From: Octopus vulgaris
Taxonomy: Eukaryota
Assembly (NCBI GenBank): GCA_951406725.2
Contig: OX597822.1
Coordinates: 87,792,001 to 87,856,000 of the forward strand
DNA: 64,000 bases
Direction: 5' to 3'
Under the pieces are notes generated by a model that did no database searches, was not told where the DNA came from, and worked only from the letters and a program-made list of their open reading frames with translations. Made by a program: the position numbers and the translations under genes. Position 1 is the stretch's first letter. Each line of letters begins with the position of its first letter. This document shows, one piece after another, positions 37,316 through 49,924 of the stretch.

Positions 37316-37318
<3 letters not shown>
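36958..37318 (+). mobile_element. Unclassified non-autonomous element (TTAC..CTCCG..GGAGGT ... GGAGGTTTGCACTCT)
   Basis: Short internal inverted/direct GGYGGAGGT motifs at both ends; flanked by ATT-rich DNA. Confidence 0.4.
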
Positions 37319-37346
<28 letters not shown>

Positions 37347-37374
37347 CATTATTATTATTTTGTTTTTATTATTA

Positions 37375-38045
37375 AAGTGGCAAGCTGGCAGAATTGTTAG
37401 TACATCGCATGAAATGCTTAGTGGCATTTCGTCCATTTTTACATTCTGAGTTTAAATTCTACTGAGGTCGACTTTACCTTTCATCCTTTCGGGGTTGATA
37501 AAGTAAGTACCAGTGAAACACTTGGGGTCAATGTAATTGACTATACCTCTCCCATCAAATTTCGGGGCTTGTGCCTATAGTAGAAAGGATTATTATTGTT
37601 ATTATTATAATTAGGGAGAGGATGGTGGGCTAGTGGAATTATTAGCACATCAGACAAAATGATTAGTGGCATTTATTCCAGCTTTTTATGCTCTGAGTTC
37701 AAACCCTGCTGAGGTTGACTTTATTTTTCATTCTTTCATGGTCAGTAAAATAAAGTACCAGTCAAGTACTGAAGTCAACGGAATAGACTTGCCCCCTTCC
37801 TCCTCTCTTCAAAATTTCTGGCCTTATGTCAAAATTATTGTAATTAGGAAAGAATCATTAGAGAATCAGATAAAATACCTTGCTATCTTTGTTCCAGCTT
37901 CATACATTCTGAGTTCAAATGTCACTGAGATCCACTCTGCTTTTCATCCCTCCAAGGTTGATAAAATAAAGTACCTGATAATTTTGGGTATAAATGTAAT
38001 TAACTACTTCTCCTCAAAATATTGCGTTATTAGAAACAATTATTA
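37375..38045 (+). repeat. Head-to-tail array of three SINE-B copies
   Basis: Units start near 37375, 37620 and 37850, separated by ATT-rich tails. Confidence 0.75.
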
Positions 38046-39287
38046 GCATTATATTGAATAAGTCCCATTCAAGTTAAATATTGCAATGTGTCTATGAACA
38101 CTGATGGCGATTTCTTATTGTTGCATAGAATATAATCTACCCAGGAAGATATGGGATGAATAGTGAAAGACTATCTCATAATTTTCAGCCTCTTAGAATA
38201 GATGACAAAGGAGGTGACTGGCAATATGCAGTGCCCAAGAGGACCACTTACCTCAGTGCAACTGAGGTTCTGGAAGCATAGTTGGGCCCCTAACCCTATT
38301 TTTCTCATCATGCCTTTCCCATCATCCCTCTATCACTATCACTGGTCCTGTCATCACTAGCCTAACTACTATAGTATTCTGTTGTACTTGAATGAGAGCC
38401 AAACTACATGTTTCATCATTCTATTTTGCACTACCAGTTAGCTCTTCCACAACTTGGAATCATTTCATTTGACATCCATCTTTCATTCTTGGTATTGTCC
38501 CTCTCCGCTTGCATTTTACATTGATCGCTCATCTAAGTTACCAATTATTTCTCTTCGTCTCTCCTGAAGCGCTTCCTGTTGACTCATCTCAATCATCAAA
38601 TATCTCTCACTCTCCCTACACACTCCCGCAGCCTACCTGTCATCTTCCTTTTACTCATCCATCCTTTGTCTACTGTACTCTCATTGTTCTACTTCTCAAT
38701 CGGGCAGTGAACTGGCAAAATCGTTAGCACGCTTGGCAAAATGCTTAGCGGTATTTCACCCATTGCTACGTTCTGAGTTCAAATTCTGCCAAGGTCGAAT
38801 TTGCCTTTCATCCTTTTAGGGTTGATAAATTAAGTACCAGTGAAACACTGGGGTCGATGTAATCGATTAGTCCCCTCCCTGAAAATTTCAAACCTTGTGT
38901 CTATAGTAAAAAGAAATATTCTACTTCTCATTACTTTCCTGCACTGCCAGTCATGACCTACTTTCCCCAACCACCTCCCTAACTCATATTTATCATCAAC
39001 CAATCCTCTACCCTTGTTCACCATAAATTACATTCACCCTCCCCACCTTTATTTAATCTCTGACCATTCCTCAATGTCCCCATACACACTTGCAAACTCT
39101 ATCCACCCACATTTTCCATTCTTCTCCTTCCCTAGTTTCTCTTCTGTTCATCTTCTCACACCTTGAGTACTCAACTTTACACCTTGCCACCACTATCTCT
39201 ATCTTTCTTTCCAACTCCACCCCAATTAACTCAACTAATAAGAAGCAGCTTCCCAAAGGTTAGAAACTTATTATTATTATAATTCAT

Positions 39288-39706
39288 GGATCTTTTCGGT
39301 TTGAACGGCAGTTTTTTCTAGCGGTGTCATATGAAATTGTCACCCATAATTATGACCCTAGAATCGATCTATTGCATTTCAATCTGTTTTAGGGTTAGGG
39401 TTAGGGGTGGGGGGAAGGGTATCCTTTTTCCTTCACAAATGTAAATAAACACAATCTGTTCCTTAAACGAGGAACATATTCATACGGCACAGAATGCTTT
39501 TTAACTCAATAGACATCACTGATTGGTTGAAATTGCAGAAATTGAAGAAAAAAAAAACAATAAATATCTTACAAACTATAGAATTTTCTCAATAAAGCCA
39601 AGAGAAAAAGATGTTTTATAAACACATTCTACCAGTATACGAAGTTTAAAATTTTTTAGTTACCTAGAAATTATGTTAAAAACTGCTGTTCAAACTGAAA
39701 AGATCC
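39288..39706. mobile_element. Merlin-like MITE (419 bp)
   Basis: Perfect 8-bp TSD TAATTCAT (39280-39287, 39707-39714); 29-bp TIRs GGATCTTTTCGGTTTGAACGGCAGTTTTT / GGATCTTTTCAGTTTGAACAGCAGTTTTT; a related terminus starts near 63130. Confidence 0.85.
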
Positions 39707-40168
39707 TAATTCATAACTGAATGTATTCTTACATATGCATTGTTGGGGCATACCAGCAAATAGGTTTTACGCTATTTGTATATTGTCATTGACTGGCAAG
39801 TCAGTTCACTTCAAATTTGATTCAGGTACATGATGTTGATAAGTCACAAAAATGGCAAAATATTGATATGTATTGCTCCTTAATAGGATTTGGGGTGAGT
39901 TGTCTTGCCTGTCTATGGTTTTCAGGTATTTTAACTCCCAGCACTTTGAGAGAGTCATCCCCACCACACTAAACCACAGCCTACCAGTGAACAAGCAGAA
40001 CACACACATTGACTTTATCTGGTATGTGGTAAAAAGCTTGCTTCCTAACCACATGTTTCTGAGCTTCAGTCCCACTGCATGGCACCTTATGCAAGTGCCT
40101 TCTACTATAGCCTTGGGTCAACCAAATCCTTGTGAGTGGATTTAGTAGGCAGAAACTAAAAGAATTTC

Positions 40169-40199
<31 letters not shown>

Positions 40200-40998
40200 C
40201 ATACATACATACATACATACATGGTGGCTGCCCCCTCGTTATCGAGTATGGCCATTGCACAAAGCTTAATCAATGTTGTTATCGTGCAATGCCTGTGCAA
40301 GAAGATTTTTTTTAAAGTGAGGAAAGGCTGTGCACTGAGTCAATCCCACTCACTAAGCAACAGCAGTCATAATCCGAAAAGAAGAACAAGTCAACATCAT
40401 CGGCAACCACTGAGCCACAGGTTTTATGTCGGAGTTATCCAGGTTACCTGAGTTACCTTCTCCTAGAAGGATGCCCTAACAAAAGCTAGGTGTCCTTCAC
40501 TCCCAATGGTTTAACCGTGCGATCGAGTAATCAGTCCGATTATTTCTATGTCCGCGCGTATGATACAGCCTTAAGGCATTTATTGTACATACATACATAT
40601 ATATATATGTGTGTGTGTGTGTGTCTTTCTGTCTGTTTGTCTCCATACCACCATTTGAAGAATGGTGTTGGTGTGTTTACACCCACATAACTTGAAAGTT
40701 CAGCAAAAGAGATCAATAGAATAATTACCAGGCTTAAAAAGAAGTACTGGGGTAGATTTGTTCAACTAAAATTCTTCAAAGGGTGCACTAGCATGGCCTC
40801 AGTCTAATGATAGAAACAAGTAAAAGATAAAGGATAATATATGTATGTGTGTGTGTGTGTGTGTGTATACATATATATGTGTTTGAATGCATGTATATAT
40901 GTATGTATCTATCTATATATAATATAATTTTTTATACATGAATATGTGTGTGCATGTGTTGATATATGTATGTATATATAAATATAAATATATATATG

Positions 40999-41074
<76 letters not shown>

Positions 41075-41185
41075 ATTTACAAGATAAGGGCAAAAGAAAA
41101 ATTCTAATGCCAAATATGCTGAAAAGAAGACAAAACTGGCCATTGATAAAATTTTTTCCCCGAAAAAAATTTTTTCCTACATTAA

Positions 41186-41255
<70 letters not shown>

Positions 41256-42185
41256 AAGAGACAGAAAGTAGGGATGCTTCTCTAAGGAAATCTTTATAAA
41301 TATTTCTAATAAAAATATATTATGCCAACAAATATATTTATTACGAAACTAAACTATTTTTGCAGAAATGAAAAATAATATATTCATGTTTGATTTCTTG
41401 TCTACAAACCTGTTTTGTTAAACTATAAACACTTATTCATTTCAATATTGGTTTGTATCAATATCTCAATGGGATATTATCTTAAAATGTAAAATTGAAT
41501 TAGCTTATGTGTACTGTTAATAATATTCAATCATAAAAGAATGATGCTGTGTAAAGTTCCTCATGCATTCTTAGAATATTATAATAAAAGCTAAAGATAA
41601 GAATAGACCTTTTGTAATCACAACATTTCAATGGAAGCGTAACAATTATTGATCTTTATTCAGCCAGGAGTTTCTAGCATCTTAGAGAAAACTAACAGTG
41701 CTGATGTTGGTGTCATAAAATATTCTGAAACTGTATAAGTGGCTTGCCATTGTTAAAGTGCAGCACATCTGATGCTGTTGATTGATTTTGAAATTTTGTC
41801 TGAGTAGATATTACATGAGGTCACTGTCAGCCTTTTCATTGTAAGTATATAAAACATGAAGACAGGCAAACAGGTAGATGGATAGACAAGTAGAGACATA
41901 CATACATACATACATACATACATACATACATACATACATACATACATACATACACACATACATACATACATACATACATGCATAGAATGTAGGTAAGATT
42001 ATGATCCAAAATGTTTCTTCATGAAGCATATTTGTGTATTTCTTCTACTAATTGCATATATGTAGATGTTTTATTTTTTAAATGAAAAAAATAAAGATAC
42101 AAATTGAAATTTTTTGTCAGGTTTGTTTTAAGAATACAGACTGATCACTCTTTAATATCTGCCCATCTGTCTTTCTGTTTATCTA

Positions 42186-42227
<42 letters not shown>

Positions 42228-42409
42228 GTTAGCCACTACAAACATTTTTTTTCTCTCCTTGTTTTTTCTGTGTCCCTTTCTGTAGAAGAGCGTAGGCTCG
42301 AAGCATAAAATACTTTTTCTATTCATGAGTGTTATACTAATACATCTGTTTGTTTTGTACACCACCTGTCTTCGTCTTTTGTTTTTTTTCATAAACTCTC
42401 GTCTATATA

Positions 42410-42790
42410 TATAAGTTCAGAAAGCTTCTTCGCCTACTGACGACAAAGGGTCTCTCGCTCAGAGTGAAAGGTAGATTGTACGACGCATGTATGCGAATCT
42501 CATGCTTCATGGCAGTGAAACATGGGCCGTGACTGCATGACTGCATAGGCTCAAAAGAAATGAAGCAAGCATGATCCGCTGGATGTGTAATGTCAGTGTG
42601 CACGCATGACAGAGTGTAAGCGCCTTGAGAAAAATGTTAGACATAAGAAGCATCGGATGTGGCATGCAGAAGAGACGTTTGTGTTAGTATGGTCATGTAC
42701 TATGGATGGATGAGGAGAGATGTGTGAAGAAGTGCCACTCCCAAACAGTTGAAGGAATCGGGGGTAGAGGTAGACCCAGGAAGACAAGTA
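42410..42790 (+). mobile_element. Internal fragment of the same RTE LINE family
   Basis: KFRKLL..TKGLSLRVKGRLYDACM...YGHVLWMDEERCVKKC..VEGIGGRGRPRKT. Confidence 0.8.
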
Positions 42791-42834
42791 TGTATGTACA
42801 TATATCTCTGTATATATGCATATATTTATATATT

Positions 42835-43193
42835 ACTAGCAGTATCGCCCGGCGTTGCTCAGGTTTGTTTCGACCCACTGGAATTGTAATTTTGAAAAGT
42901 AAAAATTTTGTGAACATTTTTCTGGTCGAAATATACCGAAAAGTGGCGACACAGCAGTGAAAAAATCGTAAAAAATAGGGATTTTCATAGAAAAAAGCAG
43001 CTTTTTGATGTAAATAATTTTTGGTGTTAACATGGTCCGATTTGAATTTTATGTTCTACGGAAGGAAGAGCAACCCTTCTTCTATCATACTCTCAATTTT
43101 GGTCAACTTGCGCCGCAGGGTCTCGGAGGAGATAGTGTTAGTTGAAGGTTACCAAACGTGGCGCACACAGACAACTTCAGCTTTATATAGAGA
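42835..43193 (+). mobile_element. Non-autonomous Helentron/DINE-like element
   Basis: ACTAGCAGTATCGCCCGGCGTTGCTC ... CACACAGACAACTTCAGCTTTATATAGAGAT. Confidence 0.5.
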
Positions 43194-44424
43194 TAACACA
43201 CACACATTAATACACATACATAGACACACACACGCATGTATGTATGGATGTATATATGTACATCTGTCCACTTCTTGCAATATTTTTATCCTTCACTTCC
43301 TACACACACACACACATTTTATTAGCTTACAATTTCTTTCTGTCAACAATTGACAACAGAAGTATGCTCGCCAATTAATACTACCAAAATTTAATGACAG
43401 AAAGTAAATTAAAAACCAATTTACCTTTTCTGTATTGTTATGGCAATCCGACCGTCGGTGTGTTTTTGCAAATGTGTTCGAATGAGAAGTGAGTTGTGTT
43501 TGGCGTCTTTTTTACTAATAACAAACACACACGTGTGTGTGTGTTTGAGTGTTTGTATGTAGTTGTTTGAAACGTTTGTGTTTGTCACTGTCATATATGT
43601 ATGTGTATGCGTGTGTGTGAGGAATGGCAAACCAGATAGATAGCGCGCGAAGTTCTTTTGAAGTTCGCGCTCCACTTGTGTGTGTGTGTGTGTGTGTGCG
43701 TGCTTTAGGTACACAGCACAACATTACTCTCTCTGTCTCTTTACACACACTAACAAAAGCACTTCACTTACACACCACACTTTCTGTGTCGCACATCCCA
43801 TCAAACACACTCACACACACACTCACGCACGCACACATGTACATCAATGCTTTCGGAGTGAAATGTTAAAATATTGAGTTTTCTCGAATTTTGTCTTAAT
43901 TGGGGGTGAAATTGAAAGAAATTTTGTATGGCATGACCGAATGGAAGTACTTGTAAAAATCATAGGTAAACTGTAATTGAAGAAATTGTGTGAGGAGTAA
44001 ATCGTTATGTATTTATTTGTTTCTGTTTGCTGTTTTTTTTTTTTTTGAGTAGTGGTTTAAGGTACACTTCTCTCGTTTTATAGAAATACTTTCACTTTAA
44101 TCGTTGCACACTTGCAAAGACAAAGGAGGAGAAATTAGGGTGATAGCGTGAGTGAAGCAGATCGCTCCGTTTTTGTGTGTGTGTGCGTGTGTGTGTGCTG
44201 TAGCCCACACTAAGAAAAGCACTTCACTTACACACCACAATGAGTTTTCTCTAAATTTTGCTTAATTGGGGTTGAAATTTTAAAAACCAGACCTGGCACG
44301 ACCCGATGCATTCTACTCTTAAAAATGCTAGGTAAATTGTAATTGAAGAAATCCTATATTGTAGATTTCTATAAGAGACAAAGGGAGGCAGATAAAATCT
44401 GCCTTTTATAATAAGAGATATTAT

Positions 44425-44486
<62 letters not shown>

Positions 44487-44660
44487 TCATACTAGCATGG
44501 AAAGTGAACGTTAAACGATGATGATGATGATATATATATATGACAGCCTGAGACTATAGTAGAAGACACTTGCCCAAGATACCATGCAGTGGGACTGAAT
44601 CCGGAACCGTGTGGTTGGTAAGCAAGCTACTTACCACACAGCCACTCCTGCACCTATGTA

Positions 44661-44749
44661 TGTATTTTGTTTTTGTATCTGGTTTACAAGATTCCTTATG
44701 TGAATTCACATAAGGAATCTTGCTAACCACATACCAAAAGTAGAATACA
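44661..44749. repeat. Palindrome: perfect 36-bp core (44687-44722) with imperfect extension
   Basis: CAAGATTCCTTATGTGAA|TTCACATAAGGAATCTTG. Confidence 0.9.
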
Positions 44750-45040
44750 CTCTAGCCAAGCTAGCAGGACACTGAAAGGTAATAGAGGGGGGGTCAGAGT
44801 CAAAATCCATTGATATGGTTACAAATACAGCAGCAAAATAGCTTTCTGGAATAAATAAATAAATAAATAAATGAGTGGAAACTGAACCAGTGAGTGTGTT
44901 ATATTAAGGCACTATGTCTCTCCCTAGATACAAACAACTATATATATAGGGAGAGTTTACGAAAAAAAAACAAAAGACGAAGACAGGTGATGTACAAAAC
45001 AAACAGATGTATTAGTATAACACTCAGGAATAGGAAAAGT

Positions 45041-45076
45041 CTTTTACGTTTCGAGCCTACGCTCTTCTACAGAAAG
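45041..45076 (-). ncRNA. Minimal hammerhead-like motif with variant core (CUGUAGA) in a short repeat (~44948-45112)
   Basis: Minus strand CTTT-CTGTAGA-A-GAGC-gtag-GCTC-GAA-ACGT-A-AAAG; a more mutated copy lies at 42276-42311(+) within repeat ~42226-42400. Confidence 0.55.
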
Positions 45077-45489
45077 GGACACAGAAAAAAACAAGGAGAG
45101 AAAAAATACGTGTGTACACACACACACATGCATGCACACATCTATACTCTCATCTGAGTATCATACTAAATGTATACACATCATTAGAAGGCATGATGCT
45201 GTGGAATTCTCTGTGATAAAATAAGAAAAAAAATGTAATGATAGTAAAATAATTACAATAATAACAAGTATTAATAGACAGAGGAGGTGGGTAATGTTCA
45301 TGAGGAATTCATTAAAAAAATCTATATAAAACAGAAATCAGTTCTGTTTCAGTGAATTCTTATCCAGCTGTGATTATATTTTGGATCATGTTTTCATATG
45401 TTACTTGCTACTAAACTGTTTTTCTATTAAATCAGATTTCTTCTCTTCCAACTTCCCTGTCTCTCTTTTCGTTTTTCTTCTTATACTTT

Positions 45490-46255
45490 CTTTCACAAAC
45501 ACATATACAGATGCATAAAAACAAACATAAATACAGACAAGCATGCATGCATACATACATACATGCATGCATACATACATGCATGCATACATACATGCTT
45601 ACATACATACATATATACACAAATACATACATACATACATACATACATACATACATACATACATACATACATGCATGCATGCATGCATGCATGCATACAT
45701 ACATACATATATACAGACATACATTCATACATATGTACATATATACATGCATACATACAGATAAACATACATACATACAAACATACATATGTATATGCAT
45801 AAATACCTATTTACATATATACATACATATATACATGAATACATACATTCATACATACATACATACACACATACATACATACATACATACATACACACAT
45901 ACATACATACGTACATACATACACACATACATACATACACACATACATACATACATGATGGCCGTCTACTCATGACCTAGGAAGACCATTGCTGACCTTC
46001 AGGAATACTGCGTGCTCTAGAACTAACTTATATTTTGCATTTTCAGCCCCGTTGGTGGCTAAATGAGCCCTGCTCTTGACAAGCATACACGACTGCAAAC
46101 ATTGCAAACCAAGCTTTCCCCATTCTCTCTACCAGCAGCATGCTTAAGGTCTTCATGCAGAATATGTGCTCTCTCAAAAGTCTCGACCTCACCTCCTTAA
46201 CCTGCTTCCTTCATCTGTAGCGATGACAGGCATTGCTCTCCCAGTCTGTTTCCTG

Positions 46256-46286
<31 letters not shown>

Positions 46287-46861
46287 GCATACAAACATAC
46301 GTACATACAAACATACATATAAGCCAGTGAAAAAGAGAACACCTATGCTGAACTATTGAGAAATATGCAGTTACTCTATCCAGATTACAATTTCAAGTTT
46401 ATACCTGTAATTATTGGGGCCCTGGGATATGTAACACACTGGCTAGATACCAATCTTGAGAAACTCGACTTTTCAAAACCAGAAAGGAGAAAGTTATTTC
46501 AAAGACTACAGATCCAATCCATCACTGGAACTGTAAAAATCTGTAAAACTTTCCAGAAGTTTATCATTTAAATATATATAAGCATGTCTAGATATGCAAC
46601 TATATGCATGAGAATACATACATAACATACAAATCTGCAATACATACATACATAACATACAAATCTGCAATACATACATACATACATACATACATACAAA
46701 AATACCCTGTTGAAATTCCAATGAAGGAACCTTGGATCCAGGTTAGAAACTGGTTCTTTCTCTATTGGCAAGATGTCTTGAAATAAACTGAATAATGACA
46801 TACATACATGCTTACATACATACATATATACACACATACATACATGCATGCATACATACAT

Positions 46862-46944
<83 letters not shown>

Positions 46945-47050
46945 TACATACATACATACATACACACATACATACATACATACATACATACATACATACA
47001 TACATACATACATACATACATACATACAAACAAACAAACAAACAAACAAA
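45490..47050. repeat. Large compound microsatellite region ((CATA)n, (CA)n, (CAAA)n)
   Basis: Direct reading; other long tracts at 29564-29635, 31608-31661, 31815-32028, 40170-40220, 40960-41250, 41897-41980. Confidence 0.95.
46320..46800 (+). mobile_element. 3' fragment of an R4-like RLE non-LTR retrotransposon embedded in (CATA)n
   Basis: EKENTYAELLRNMQLLYPDYNFKFIPVIIGALGYV...LQIQSITGTVKICKTF*; (CATA)n on both flanks. Confidence 0.7.
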
Positions 47051-47549
47051 CAACAAAATCTTGGGTTCTGGGAGAGAGAATGCATTTCATGCCCTACATA
47101 TGATCATGATATGTGGAGCAATAAAAATTTACAAGACCATCAAAATTAACTTTAAATTGAAAAGAGAAAAAGAAAATGTATATGATTGCGTGTCTGTGTT
47201 TGTCCTCCCAACATCACTTGACAACCAATGCTGGTGTGTTTATGTACCTGTAACTTAGTGGTTCAGTAAAAGAGACTGATAAAATGAGTACTAGGCTTAC
47301 AAAGAATAAGTCCTGGGGTCGATTTGCTCAACTAAAAGTGGTGCTCCAGCATCGCCGCAATCAAATGACTGAAGCAAATAAAAGAATATATATATATATA
47401 TATATATATATAGTATAAAAATAATTATAGTAATTAAGAGATTTTAATTGATTTAATCTTATGTATAATTTTAGACGCCATTCTCCATCTTTCTCAGAGT
47501 ATTTCTGTTGGTCAGGAACAGTCACAAAGGAAATGTTTACTCTTTACAG

Positions 47550-47879
47550 ATGTCTGCTAAAGGGAAGATCAACGTTGAAAAATGGGACCCCAATGCAGAT
47601 GGAGAACTGAATGAAGTGAACTTGAGGAAAAAGTTGAAGAAGAAAGGTTGCAACTGTTTGACCTATGAATATCCGCCGGGCACTGTGTTTTGTGACCACA
47701 CCTATGGTCACTCCAAGAAGGATGCTATCCTTACCGGGCAATATGAAGTGTTCATGTATGGACAGAAGGCTGTTCTTCAACCTGGAGACATGATTGACAT
47801 TCCTGCTAACACCATACATAACACGGCAGTTGTTGGGAACAAGTTTGTCCAGTTTTTTGATGCGAGTGTAATTTATTAA
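47550..47879 (+). CDS. Small cupin-domain (Cupin_2/RmlC-like) protein, 109 aa, single coding exon
   Basis: MSAKGKINVEKWDPNADGELNE...YEYPPGTVFCDHTYGHSKKDAILTGQ...LQPGDMIDIPANTIHNTAVVG shows cupin motif 1 (PPG..F.DH.....K.D.I..G) and motif 2 (GD.I.IP....H). The ATG directly follows a splice acceptor (ctctttacag|ATG); AATAAA at 48154-48159. Confidence 0.85.
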   Translation: MSAKGKINVEKWDPNADGELNEVNLRKKLKKKGCNCLTYEYPPGTVFCDHTYGHSKKDAILTGQYEVFMYGQKAVLQPGDMIDIPANTIHNTAVVGNKFVQFFDASVIY

Positions 47880-48153
47880 ATATATTTAGATTCACTTGAG
47901 GTCAAACTATTTTATCTTATTCTTCTTTCACTTTCAACTCTAAAGAGCATTGATATTCACGTTCACAGCCATTTTCTTATATTAACCTTATTTCAACATG
48001 ACTCTTTTCCTCTTTAATCTAACCACTCACTATTTCTATGAAGAAATTCCTCTATTTGCTGCACTCTTGAAATACTTTCAGGGGAAACTGGCCAAAGTTA
48101 ATTTTTTACATTTTGACTTACTTTCTGTCTTTGGTTTATCAAAGACTATTGGA

Positions 48154-48159
48154 AATAAA
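48154..48159 (+). promoter_or_regulatory. Candidate polyadenylation signal of the cupin gene
   Basis: AATAAA ~275 nt after the stop, followed by a T/CT-rich downstream tract. Confidence 0.4.
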
Positions 48160-49149
48160 TTATATTGTTTTTCTCTCTCCCTTTTTTTAATTTCCTCAGT
48201 TTAACAAGAATATTTGATAAATGGATCAACATAAAACTAACATACTTTAACTGTGTTTTTTAAACATGTCAATCTATTTCTCTGATTTATTATAAACTGA
48301 TATGTTGTATTAAAACTTTTTTTTTATTTTTGAGAAATTTTCTTTTGGTTGGGTTGGAAAATATGTTACCTTTTATTAAATTATAAATTAATATTAAGGC
48401 AGCAAGCTGGCAGAATTGTTAGAAAAGTGGACAAAATATTTTTTGACAGGCATTTTTCAGAGCTCTTTACATTCTGAGTTCAAATCCTGCCACAGTCAAT
48501 TTTGCCTGTCATTCTTTTGGGGGTCAATAAAAAAAAAAGTACCAGTGAAGTACTGGGGTCAATTGTTTCAACTAATCCTCTCCACTCAAAATTGCTGGCT
48601 TTGTGCCAAAATTTGAAACCTTTAAATTATAAATTGATATGGTATGACTACACATATCAGTTTATTATTTAATTTATATTCTTTCTATAAAGATAGTTTT
48701 CTTTTTATCAAAACATCTTAATTAGAAGGAATATTCATTCTTTTTGGTTTGTTGACATTTTTGTTTGAGAAAACCAAGAAAGAAAAATTCAGGTTGTTTT
48801 TGTTTTTGTTCTTTCATATGTATTCTCTTTGTTGGAAGTTTTAACCTAAGACAAAAGAAAAAAAACAGGGAAAAAGAACAAAAACTTCTCAGAAGAATGT
48901 TCCTGTAGTTGTTTACTTTGACCATTTTCAATCATGGTATTTTTTCCCAAAATCCTATGGTAACATCATGCAAATAGACCAGTTTCGTGATCCATGGTCA
49001 GATGTAAAATAAAACTGAGGCTTTCAAAAATGGTTCAACTTAAAAGAAAGGTTTCCTGACAGGAATAAAGAGTGAATAAAGACAGAGATTTATAAGTGAT
49101 TAAAGATTAACCAAACAGTACCTGTGATTTAAACTAAAGCAGCATGACT

Positions 49150-49690
49150 GACTGCATATAGCACATTGTACACATATCACACATTGTGGGTGCATTTCAC
49201 ATTATGCACAAATTTCACATTGTGCACATTATATATGCATTGCACAATATGTACACACTGCACATAGTTCACACATATTGTGCATTTGGTATGAATGACA
49301 TCTTGTTTGCATACATATAACATATTGCACACATATTGTATATTGTGCACATGTACAATTTGTACATTGTGTTCATACTGTACACAGTATTGTCAAAATA
49401 GTGCAAATACTGCACATAATACACATTATATGTATATTGCGTATAGTTGGCATATTGTACATTGTGCATATATTGCATGTAGTGCACATAGGAAAATATT
49501 AAACATTGAAAACAGTGCAGATATTTCGTAGTGTGAATACAATGCGCTTTATGCAAACATCATAAATGTAGTGCACAGTGTGTGTATGTAAGGCACATTC
49601 TGTGCATGTAATACACATTCTGTGCATGTAGTTCACATTCTGTGCATGTAGTGCATATTGCACTTGGTGCATATGTGTTAATACCACTAT
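49150..49690. repeat. Degenerate TGCACA/ATTGT-rich low-complexity satellite
   Basis: Recurring (A)CATTGTGCACA-like units; three 20-bp copies of CACATTCTGTGCATGTA near 49594-49651. Confidence 0.6.
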
Positions 49691-49892
49691 ATGTCCTCAC
49701 ACTATTCTGGCACAATGGTTGTGAGGTTCACATGTTGGATTACTGACAACATACACAAGAATTTAAACCCTATGAATATTGTGTTACCTTTTTAGGAAGA
49801 CACATTATTCTGTCTGCTTCATGTGGCCTTGCAGAAAACTAAGCACTGCTGATTCCACAGTTAAAACGTTTTAGCCGTATAAAATGGTATCT

Positions 49893-49924
<32 letters not shown>

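Noticed and set aside
39388-39410. Interstitial telomere / chromosome fusion scar
   Set aside because: Only ~3 units and internal to a MITE with a TSD
45401-47258. Many overlapping ORFs rich in YVCM/HTYI
   Set aside because: Translations of (CATA)n/(CA)n microsatellites; the same applies at 29414-29772, 31684-32079, 40913-41256, 41753-42029 and 50684-51220
47508-47549. N-terminal extension of the cupin ORF in the track (MVRNSHKGNVYSLQ)
   Set aside because: Starts at a non-ATG codon and ends in a polypyrimidine/CAG acceptor, so probably intronic or UTR
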